Shown here: positions 25,540 to 36,607 of the stretch, in pieces
Layout of the letters: every line of letters begins with the position of its first letter
Position numbering within the stretch: position 1 is the stretch's first letter
NCBI GenBank assembly: GCA_964057225.1
Contig: OZ059894.1
Coordinates: 10,416,001 to 10,480,000, forward strand
Reading direction: 5' to 3'
DNA length: 64,000 nt
From: Auanema rhodensis
Lineage: Eukaryota; Animalia; Nematoda
The notes under the pieces: model-generated
The model's database searches: none
Told to the model about the DNA's origin: nothing
Seen by the model: the letters and a program-made list of their open reading frames with translations, nothing else
Translations under genes and position numbers: made by a program

Positions 25540-28500
25540 ACTTCTAAAGATTTCTGATTCCTATAGTCTCAATTGTGAACATAATGATTCTTCAAGCTAT
25601 TTAATTTTTGAAAAAAAAAAGCTTTTGATCTGAAAATACCGTCTGAAAATCTTTTGTTTATCACATTGGTGTATGATATCTAAATTCTATCTTAAACTCT
25701 TTGGTTCAAAAAACATTGAAAAACAGAATACAATATATACTATATACTATATACTATATGTATATCTAAATATATGTTATTATTAATTTTAAATTTATAG
25801 AATAATTTAACTTTTTTTTTTTAATTTTTGATCAATTTATACATAAATTATTCGATTAATACTTGTACATTTTATAATTAATTTTCTATTTTACGTTTGT
25901 TCAAACTTAATTAGCATATATAAGTAATAATCACATACATATTTCATTTTCTTTTTGATTTTTGAGAATACCGGTTGTATTCATTATTTCTATTCAAATC
26001 CCACCTCATCCCCTCCCGCCCCAACCCCCCACACCCTTCTTCTCTTTTCTCCTCTCAAAGCATTCTTCTTACGATCTCATATTCTACCAACTCGCACTTG
26101 TTTTCTCTTTTCAAATTTCTTTTTTGGCTTTTTTGAATAACGTGCTTCATAAAGGACAATATTTGAATTTTACATACATATTTTAAGAAATGACCGGCAT
26201 CCAATAACCGTCTCATCATTTTTCTTCTGCTTGTACTCTAGTTTCAGGACTTTATTCCAAAAATTTTCTCTTAACTTTCTTGTTTTTCCAATATTCTGTC
26301 AGTATTCGCTTTCATTTGCAGCTAGCTTTTTGGAAAATTTGTCGTTGGAATTTGAGTTTAAATGTGATACTTGGTTGAAAAAGAGAAAGAAATTTATCCT
26401 GATTAAACGAGCTAAAAGTATTATGCAATGGATAAGCTTCCATGAACTTGTTGTTTTTACATGTTTAAAGCCGACTAACCATCTGCACCACCTCATTTCA
26501 ACATGGATTTATGTAGTCATCTGCATTACGTTCTCTTCTCTATATTGAAAAGTAGTATTGAAACTTTTCTAATTTTTTTTCTCAATTTTAATTTCTTTTT
26601 TTCAAAAATCTCATTCAATAGATTTGAAATATGATTACAATCATGTAAAGAAGAAACTCATATCTTCAATTATCATTTCTCTTTAATATATTCGGATAAA
26701 AATGAAAAAAGAAGAAACGTTTGTCATTCATTTTTATAAAAAACTTTAATTCATTTATAAAACTTTTTGTTTTGTTTTATAACAATTGTACATGTTTCAA
26801 TTCAAATACACAAGTAGTTTCTATATAGTATGTGTTTATACACATACACACACATACATACATACATTCTGCTGTTATAACATCACATACATATAGTTAA
26901 TGATTATATTTTTTTTTGTTTTAAACTATATTCTTTACTATATGTTTTTGGTCGGACAATCTTTTTCATACAACTTCATCATTTTTACAAATTAATGAGT
27001 TCAAATCTAAGAATTACTTATGCATGTCTTGCAAAATTCTGCATATCTATCCAGATGTTTTTGGATACTTTCATCATATCCACGTATAACAGACAATCAT
27101 TTTTATTTTTTAAATATATATTCATACATATTTATATATTTTATATAAATAACTATGCATATATAATAATATTAACTATTAATATTGTTATTATTATCTT
27201 TTTCTTTTATTTTCTCACCTTGTGTCATCCAATCCAATCATCACAATTTGTATTTAAACCTTCCACTGGATCATTGGATGAGAAAAACAAGTAACAAACT
27301 TATACAAGCACATATCTGTTTTTCTTTCTCCCAGTTTCCTTCCAGACTACATCATCTTCGTCATCGTCATCTGCCTTTCCTTCTTCTTCTTCTTCTTCTT
27401 CTTTTTCCCTCATCATATTCGTCTTGTAATTCTTTTTCATATTCTACATACTATCGAAAAAGAGTTTGAAAATAGTATTCATATTCTTGTCTATTATCTT
27501 CAAAATATTTCCGAATTTCAAGCTCAACTTACATGAGCAGGTGTTCTCACAATGATCTGATGTATTGTTTCTTTTCAATAACTTGCTCATTTATTATTCA
27601 TGTAATTCCTAAATTCTCACGACTATATAAACATATACTTTTCTTTTCTCTTAGTTCCTCGAACCTTTGTTAAAATTTATTTATTTCTATCTAAACACTT
27701 GTCTTTTGCCCTCGTTTTTTCCAACCATAATAATACTCATTCATTTTTCATTCTAAATTTCTCTTAATGTCCTGTCTTTTCTTCAATTCTTTTTATTTTT
27801 GCATTTTTAAATATTTTCGAACACTTAAGTGCAAAATTAAACAGATCCTTGTCGTTTTTCTATTCCTTTTTTTCTACTTTTTACACTTCCTTATGTGATA
27901 CCACTCTCGAGACAAAAGCACAAAACCCTTTCCACTTCTATGTACTGATTTTGCAACAAAAACGTCAATTAGTTACATATCGTTTATTCTAATTAGAATT
28001 ATAAAAAAGATTAATTTAAATAAAAAAAAACATGAAAATTCCTGGAATAGACGACTTTCATATTTCATTTTGGCAGCATTTTTCTTCTTCTTAACCGATG
28101 TGAAGGATCAAGGTTTCAGGCTTGACATGGATTGAGAATATAAAGTACCTCTTCTTCTCCTTCTTCTCTTAATACATTCTAACTTATAGGAATATTCTTC
28201 CTTTTTTTTGGCTCTCGCAACGAATAATATATTTTCCCTTCTATGTCCTTCTATATCTCTGGCAGTCTCAGTCTCTGATTCCGGAAACGGAAGTTTGTCT
28301 AACGGAAGGAAAGCATATGCTTATCACATCGGTGTTGCTGTCTCTGAATTCCATCCATAATCCATAATCATGAAAGCCAACCTCTTGAAAGCTGAACCCT
28401 CAAATCATTTTCTATTTTTGTCTTCAAATCTTTCTTTTCTTGTTTTCTTGTGACAGTTTGAACACACACAAATAAGAAACGTATAGGAAAGACGATCTTT

Positions 28501-28829
28501 TCATGAAAGTTTAAGTTTAAATTTAACCTTTTAAAGCTAATCTTTACATGTTTTTTATATTTATTTTCTGCTTTTTAATGTTGGAAAAAGCTTCATCTGA
28601 ATTAAGCTTTAGTGAATATTCAACTTTTTTTTTGCATTTTTGTGATCCATCCATATGTCAAGCAACATATTTCCCTCTCTATTTTACTTTTTCTCTCTCT
28701 CTCTCTTTACTTCTTCACCAGCTCATATTGCAATTATTTTACTTTTTTTATATTTATGTTCTTGATCTTTTTTGCTTTTGAATTTTTGTTCTTTTTTTTC
28801 ACATATTCCGCAATTTATATTGTTCTGTG

Positions 28830-28830
<1 letters not shown>

Positions 28831-28880
<50 letters not shown>
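28831..28880 (+). repeat. (CT)n microsatellite ~95 nt upstream of the GPCR ATG
   Basis: Directly visible. Confidence 0.95.
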
Positions 28881-28883
<3 letters not shown>

Positions 28884-28973
28884 AAAAAAAACTTTTTTCT
28901 ATCTATACACAACCACAAAAAAAATTTTCACATACTTTCAATTGCAGGCGATTAGGCAATTCTAATCAGAACA

Positions 28974-30482
28974 ATGTCATCTGAATCTGGACAATGTGGG
29001 TATACAGAAGAAGTTAGCACTATTCGATTTATCTATATATCTATTTCTGGGATAATAGCTATTGCTGGTAATTCATTACATCATTTCAATTTTCTATTTT
29101 CTATTTATAGGCTGTATATCTAATTTACTTCTTCTTTATATTTTTTCTACAAAACGAATGCCAAATAGTCCGCCAAATCTCTATCCAGCAGTATTAGCTG
29201 TACTCGATGCTATTCTATGTTTATTATTTGTTTTTGTATTTGTTATAGATGTTAACATGATATATCTCAAGAATTTGGTAATATCATATCTATTATCAAT
29301 GCTTTATCAATCAATTCATATTTCCAGAAACTCTTCATATTATACCACAGATACATCATTATAGCTTTTGCTTCGGCTAAAATAGTTCAATTTCTTATTC
29401 CATATATGCTTATGCTAGCTACATTCGAAAGATATACATGGATAACCAATAAGTATGTTTAGCTTACAACCTATTTTCCACTTACTCATCCTATTAGCCT
29501 GTTTTCATCTGCTTTTTTTCAGTCGAGAATATATATTTCTCAAACCACACGGCCGATATATATCGATTATATTCATCACGCTAATCGGAATCACGCTCCG
29601 CGTGCCTTCAGCTTTAGCTTTAAAAGTTGCTGAATTCCCTGACTGCGATGATAATTTTCGGAAGCTGGCAGTTGATCAGAAAGATTGGGCTAAGGTATTC
29701 ATTAAAGAAACATTGAACTTTCCGGATTAAAGCTATCATTGTTCTATTATAGGGTGAAGAATTATTCGTTTTCTATGATTTCTATGCTATAACATTGCTT
29801 CAAACATTTCTACCTTTTATTATTCTTATGGTGTTAAATATAACAATTGTCAATAGATTGTCACAAATTGACTCAAAAAACAGAAATTTGAAGGATGACA
29901 AGGTATGAATAGTTGGCAGAAAGCCAACATATTCTTCTATTATATTTATAATATTAACTATATTTTCAGCTTATAATAGCAAAACGTAGATCAACTCGAA
30001 TTATTCAAACATTTAATTTCACTAGAATGCCCACAGCTGTCCGAAATGCTGTCTTTACTATGGTCAGTAAATTCAGCATTTTTATTTGTTAAAATATAAA
30101 ACTTTTTCAGGTAGCTATAGTATTTACATATTTAATATCTAATACATTACATATAATATTAACAGTATTAGAAGTTGGTAAAGCTTCAATACTTGTAGAG
30201 TAAGTTGAAACTTTGAAAGAAATTTAACTTATTTTTCATTTGTTCAGAGATGATGACCCATATAAAGCATCTATGATCTATACAATACTTGGAGATGGAG
30301 TATCTATGTTATACATGGCATCATCCGCAATACGAATTATTATTTATTCGAAATGTAACCGTACAATTCGAAAACAATTATTAAGTATATTATATCCTAA
30401 ATATTCATCTATTGCTAAATCTCATGAATCAAGATCTCATTCATATTCTCAGAAAGACATAGATTACCCATCCCAAGTATGA
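28974..30482 (+). CDS. Class A (rhodopsin-like) GPCR, nematode peptide-receptor-like (FMRFamide receptor-related)
   Basis: Spliced: MSSESGQCGY...GCISNLLLL...LAVLDAILC...ATFERY...FPDC...YDFYAITLLQTFLPFIILMVLNITIV...YLISNTL...GDGVSMLYMASSAIRIIIYSKCN. Seven hydrophobic segments and an ERY motif are present. Confidence 0.9.
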
Positions 30483-31512
30483 AAAGAAAAAACTTTTTTT
30501 TCTCTCCCTCATCTCATTGCTCTCTTTCTCCCTCCCTCTCCCTCTCTTTCTCTTTCAGAGTCAATTTCTCTTAAATCATTATCGCCATCTTCTTCTTCTA
30601 TTTTTTTTCTTTTTTTTTGTTTTTTTTTTTATACATAATCTGTGAGATAATATAATAACGGGTTTTTTCTCTAAATGTGTTCATTATTTAAGTGTCATTT
30701 ACATAAATACGCAGATACATCAGTTACTTTTAATAATTTTTCATTTTTAAAATTTAATAAATTGATTTTAATTATTATTTTCTTTATAAATATATACTTT
30801 TTAACATAAATATATAAATATACATACATATATACATACATACATACACATATCTATATATAGAGAGAGAGAGATTTTCTTTTTTTTTCGCAGTTTCTAG
30901 TAAATAGCAAATGACGGGAAGAGCTAGTTGTTTTTAACTTAAATACCAATTATTACAAACGATCGTAGAAATGCTCCTATGTTTCAAGTATCCCCTCAAA
31001 AAGGATTAACTTAATTTTTAGTCAGTTAAACATTAAAGAATATATCTATTTATTTCTCATGTTTGTATGTTATGTACTTTCTGCTTTGTTTATATTTTGA
31101 ATTTACTTATGTTTTAAAACAAATTACCTCATTATCAATATATTCTTGAAATCTCTTGTAACCCCTCTTTCTCTCTTTCTCTCTCCCTCTCTATAAAACC
31201 TTTTTTATGCGATGACAGATGTTCAATTCTTTCTCACGTGGACATTTTCATTTATCACGTGCATAACGAACCGGCTGCATTCAAGCTGCAGTGAACTTCC
31301 GGTAGAAAAGATCTGAAGGTTTAAAATGGCTGAACTTCCTTCTTTAAAACAAAAAAAAAACAGTGAAAAACAATTGGTTTATTGGGGAAAAAAGATATAT
31401 ACACATGTGTATGCACTTTGTACATATTTAACGAGATCATATATAGTTAATGAATATAGTAGTAACCCGAAATACAAGAAAACAATAAAGAAAGAATCAA
31501 AAATGTTTTTAT

Positions 31513-32629
31513 CTAATAAGGTGAGATATACGGCAGAGGAGAATAATCATCATCTGTCGAATACGAACTTGAAACTGAACTATGAGAAGAACGTGTACTC
31601 GGAACTCTATACTCCTGGTTACGTGCATTGTTCTTCGATGTAGAATCCAATGACATACTTCCAAGTGATGCATCATTTGCTCGAGCTTTGATCGCCTTTT
31701 GCATTTTTTTGCTTGAACTTGAGAGCTTAAGAGAGCTTATACATATATGCTTTACTAGATTGATATCAAAAACCTTTTTCTCCCGAGTTTTCATTTGGGA
31801 TTCCTGCTCCAGAACGTATTTCTCGCATTTAACCGCTAGTTTTGATAAGGTTGGGGAAAAAGTGAAAAACTAAAAACTTGAATTTCATTGAGTTTATAGA
31901 AGTTATGTAAGACGTACTTGATGAAGAATTCCAAGTGGTCGACTGTATTGTTGCGTTGCGAAAGAAGATTTTTCTGAAAAGAAAAAAGAAAAATTTAAAT
32001 AAAAATTGAAGAAAATTACCTTTAAGTGATAATACTTCTTCAGGATCAGATATTTCTTGTATTTGTTTTGAAAGATTTGAATTCCTTGATAGACGAGACA
32101 TTGCTCTTGCATCAGTGTCAATGTGGGTAGAATGAGTAACTGGATGCATGGATGAACAAGAGAAAGACGTATTTTGATGTTGAGATGAATTCAAATAATC
32201 AGTTGAATAATCCTGTTTCGGAATGAAATTGGATGTGTAAGCTGTTGTTTGAGCTTGAGCAGTCGACTGATTATGGAATTGACATGACGAAAGAAGATAT
32301 GGCGTTGATGTATATGAGTTATCATCAAAGGAAAAAGAAAAACTATGTGATGAAGTTACAACTGAAGAAGGTGAATAAGGAAATTGAGTTGGATAATACT
32401 GATCATGATAAGAAGTTGACGAACTATTCAGCTGATCATAACTATATGAAGAATCAGAAGAAGAAGATTGTTGTGAATAGGCTGAATAAGCTGAATATGG
32501 TGATGAAGAGTATGAACATGTTTCAGGAGATGACATAGTATATGAAGTTAAAGATTGAGATGAAGGGAGATGTTGAGAAGAATCAGAAGCCATCTGACAA
32601 TAGTTCAGTTGATATTGTTGTTCATTCAT
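31513..32629 (-). CDS. Ser/Tyr/Gln-rich low-complexity protein, unknown function; 3' exon structure ambiguous
   Basis: A ~200-codon first exon with strong S/Y/Q bias follows an acceptor (ttgttccag) 7 nt before the ATG. Splice sites are visible downstream, but the simplest splicing stops near 31792 while another frame stays open to 31513. Confidence 0.6.
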
Positions 32630-33563
32630 GATTTATCTGGAACAAAAAGATAAAAATAAACAGAAACCAACAATATAGGAATTGGTAATGAAACATGGCT
32701 GATGTTTATGTTTCTTAGACTGATTATACCATATAGTTAAGAGGGAGGAGCTTATAACACTTAAGGATAAAGGAATGATTTCGAAATATATAAAGAAACA
32801 TATATGTATATCTGTATACCAATATTCTTTATTAACTATATATATATAATTAGTATAATTAAAGTATAATTAGAATTCTTTTAAGATAATTTTCAAAATA
32901 TAAAGGAAAACAAACACTTTTCTTATCTTGAAACTTGAATAAAACTTTATAATAAAAATAACAATTTTCTGTTTGAATAATGAATGAAGATGAACATATA
33001 GAGTAAACGAAGAAGGGTTAATATAGTTAAAAATTGTTAATTATGCTTTAATTACCATAAATTATATGATATAAATAACCTTATTTTCTATTGTTTATTA
33101 TCATCTCATATTACAGTTATTATATGTGAATTAGAAGAAGATTATGAAACTTAGAAGAAAGACTTACTTGTTCATAAACTTATTCTATTTTTTATAAAAC
33201 TTGACAGGTTTATATATAGCATAATTAGATGAAATGATGAGTTCGGTTGTAAAAAAATCTATAATTAGCAAATTAATTATTTAAAAAATGAAAAATGAAG
33301 CTTATAAAGTTATTAAAAAAGAAATTATTAATTCAAATTATTATTGATTGATATGATGAGATCATTAATTAAAATTTAAAAACTTCTTTTTAAATTTATT
33401 TATTTGTTGTTTTGAATATAAACTTTTAAAAAGAATTTTTATAAGTTTTTGACCTTGAAATACTATATTAAGTTAATTTCAGTTTAATCTAATATAAATA
33501 CTGAAAATACATATAGAAGGTCATTAACCAATTTGTTTAGTTTATGAATCAAAACTAAAATCC

Positions 33564-35311
33564 ATGAAGACCATCTATTATTCTTTTAATTTAAAATTTA
33601 TTTTTATTTTTCTTATTGTTCATAGTTATGTTTTTGAAAAAAAAATTGGTAAGTAAGTTGTTCAAGTTGCTATTGTATAAGCATTTCAATTATTTTTAGC
33701 CAGTGCTCATGAAGATTTTGATGACACAACAACTATCATTGGACCTATATTCTCATTTCGATCCTCCCAATTTGAACCTCAAATAGGTTTTTATAAAACT
33801 ATTTTCTTGTTTTTGTTTTGGATTTTTTTCTATTTTTAAGGTTTAATAACATGTGCTCCAAATGAGATTTTCTACAGTCCATGTCGTCCATGTGATTACT
33901 ATTGTGGTGAAAAGACTGTTCGAGTACTTGCTCAATTTCATTTTAAAATTGACAAGAAAACAAGTTTTTAAGGCAAGTTGCAGCAAAAGGACATCATGCT
34001 CAGCAGGTTGTGCATGTGCAGCCGGGTATTTTCGAACCAACGATGGAGCATGTGTAAATGAGTTTATGTGTCCAGGAGCAGAGCCATTTATTGGTGACGA
34101 AAGTATGGAAAAGGCGTTTTTCTTGTTAAGACCAGCTTTATTAAATTATTTTTGAAAAAAAAAAAAACAAATAGCCAAAAATATTATAACTCCAATGAAA
34201 AACTTTGATATTCACAGCTGTTGTATTGGCTACAGCTTGTTCAAAAACTTGTATTTTTCCTTGAATTCCAGATGAAACGTTAACCACAAAAATCAAATGT
34301 TATGATGGATATTGCTCAGCAAATGAATTTTGTGTTGATGTTGCTATTGGTCCAATCTGCTTATCTTGTAAATTTTGCAAATATTTTCATATTTATTCCA
34401 AGACAAATATTATTTTAAAGCTAGATTAACTACAAAAGTTCCAACTACCACCATCTCTACCACTACTACTACCACTACTTCTACCTCTCCTTCTACCTCT
34501 CCTTCTACCTCTCCTTCTACCTCTACTTCTACTACTGCTAAAAGCTCCACAGCAACAGCCACATCAACAGCTCAAACATCGCCTTCTTTGAATCAGGAAC
34601 GAGATAAAAACACTACTGTTAGCTTGAATATATTATTTTTGCTGAAATGACTATTTACCCGCATTGTTTAAGGAATCAAAGACTTTTTTCAAATGCAATG
34701 AGTTAGATTGTCCACACGGAGGAGTTTGCTTGGAAATTTTTGGCCAAGCCCGCTGTTTTGCATCGCCAAGTTTGTCCAATTTCAATTTTTTCGAAAAAAA
34801 AAATCAAGTTTTTCGATTAAGTTTGTCGTAATGTTTTTGAACGATGGTACGATTGTATGCCATGCGAAAGTATATGTAGTAATCGAACTATAAAACAGAA
34901 GGTATTTCATGCTTTCGAGCTCATAATTTGGAATAAAAAACATTTTTTTAAGAAATGCGATGAAACATGTAAACCAGGTTGCGCCTGTCGTCCAACTTTC
35001 ATACGAAATGAAGCTTCATGTACATTACCGATTCTATGTACAAATCCAGAAAAGTTTAAACCATTACCAATGATAGAACTTGAACCCCTTATAGTTGATT
35101 TATCAGGTAATAAGAGAAAGCTAAGATTAAGATGGAAATAATTCATTTTTAAGATAATTCTGTCAATGTAAAACAGGAAAGACAAAAAGGAACAGTAGTT
35201 GACAAGAATTTAATGTCATTGTCGTCGTCGCATGTATCAGCATCGCCGTCGTCGTCGTCGTCATCATCTTCTTCACAGGAGGAAGAAGACGAAGGAAATC
35301 GTTATAATTAA
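33564..35311 (+). CDS. Secreted TIL-FOLN-mucin-FOLN-TIL protein
   Basis: Hydrophobic N-terminus, then TIL1 CAPNEIFYSPCRPCDYYC...CSKRTSCSAGCACAAGYFRTNDGACVNEFMC, a 4-Cys module CYDGYCSANEFCVDVAIGPIC, a Thr/Ser tract, a 4-Cys module CNELDCPHGGVCLEIFGQARC, TIL2 CRNVFERWYDCMPCESIC...CDETCKPGCACRPTFIRNEASCTLPILC and a Ser/acidic tail. All exons join in frame. Confidence 0.85.
34477..34525 (+). repeat. 12-bp coding tandem repeat (STSP units) in the mucin linker
   Basis: cttctacctctc occurs about 4 times in tandem. Confidence 0.85.
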
Positions 35312-35348
35312 TGAAATCTTTTCCTAATTCAAATGAATATGATAACTA

Positions 35349-35593
35349 TTAGAAGATATCATTACTATGAATTGTTGTAGGAAATTGAAAATTACAATAA
35401 TCTAAGCATGTCTGAAATAGATAAATTTCATTAAAAATTATTTAAAATTGAAATTAATTACCGCAGCTTGATCATTATCAAAGATTTGTTGGCAGCTTTT
35501 TGTACAATCAGGAAAATATCGATTAGCTTGTATAGTTAGCATAGTATATGCAAGAATGAAGAAGATGATGAAGTATATCTTAGACAGAGCCAT
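35349..35593 (-). CDS. Small secreted CX3C-X11-CX3C peptide (~64 aa, 2 exons)
   Basis: MALSKIYFIIFFILAYTMLTIQA-NRYFPDCTKSCQQIFDNDQAA|TCLDYCNFQFPTTIHSNDIF*. Phase-0 intron gtaatt...tttcag at 35461-35412. Confidence 0.8.
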
Positions 35594-36364
35594 ATCTATC
35601 AAATTCTCAAAGATAGAGAGATAGAGAGAGATAGGGAGAGATATAGAGAGAGAGAAGCTCTGACAGAGCAAGGTAGTTTGAAGTTGATTGGTTGAAATGA
35701 TGAGGTGTCTGATGGCGAACGTCGCCTTAATATACTCAGAATGGAAGCTACGAATTATGTTGAAAATAGGTGTATGATCAGATGAGAAACTACAATAAAT
35801 GAAGGTAAATTTAAAAACATTACATACAAATTCATAAGAAATAATTGAAAAAGGAAGGTAATTTTTGAATTTTTGGAATGAAAAACTAGTCTTTAACATG
35901 ATTTCTGACGTTCCAATTTCACATATTTTCAGTTATTCACCTTAACTATACATATAGAATGATAGTACTTACCATACTTAATACAAAAAGTATAAGAAAA
36001 GTGAAATTAAAGAATATTAATCATTGGTGATTAGAAATCCTAAAATTCCCACACAAACAGAAACAAATAGTCAAAGATTATATATATTTAAGTAAATATA
36101 ATTAAGAAATATTTTAATTATGTGAACCAAAAAATATTTTTAAAGTTCACTGCTGTCATCTCTGCACATCTTTATTTCCCCATTTTTGTTTCAAAATTTA
36201 TTATAATAAATATAATAAAACAATTTATATATATGTATTTATATATATATATAATTATTATATAACATATTTATATTTTATTTATTTTTTATTAAAAATT
36301 AGCTGAGACAATAAGACAAATTAAGAAATTTATCATCGTGAATATAAGTCTTTGAGATTTGTTT

Positions 36365-36607
36365 CTATTTTTGGAAAAAGACGTCGTCGAATTTCTTCAA
36401 TTCGGTGACAAACATCCTGACATCTTTCTGTAAATTCCTAAAAATATAAATAAATAAATAATTAAAATTATTTATTTAATAAAGTTTTATATTTAAAAAA
36501 AAACTTACAGTATTTTTACATTTTAATAAACAAATATTCTGTTCATTATTGGAATATGTTGATCCAAGAATGGTTATAATAAGAAATATTGTTAATAATT
36601 GAGTCAT
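36365..36607 (-). CDS. Small secreted CX3C-X8-CX3C peptide (~56 aa, 2 exons)
   Basis: MTQLLTIFLIITILGSTYS-NNEQNICLLKCKNT|EFTERCQDVCHRIEEIRRRLFQK*. Acceptor ttttag 4 nt before the ATG and a phase-0 intron gtaagt...ttttag. Absent from the ORF track. Confidence 0.8.

Noticed and set aside
20700-28900. Many Phe/Leu/Ser-rich ORFs
   Set aside because: Translations of T-rich and (CT)n non-coding DNA.
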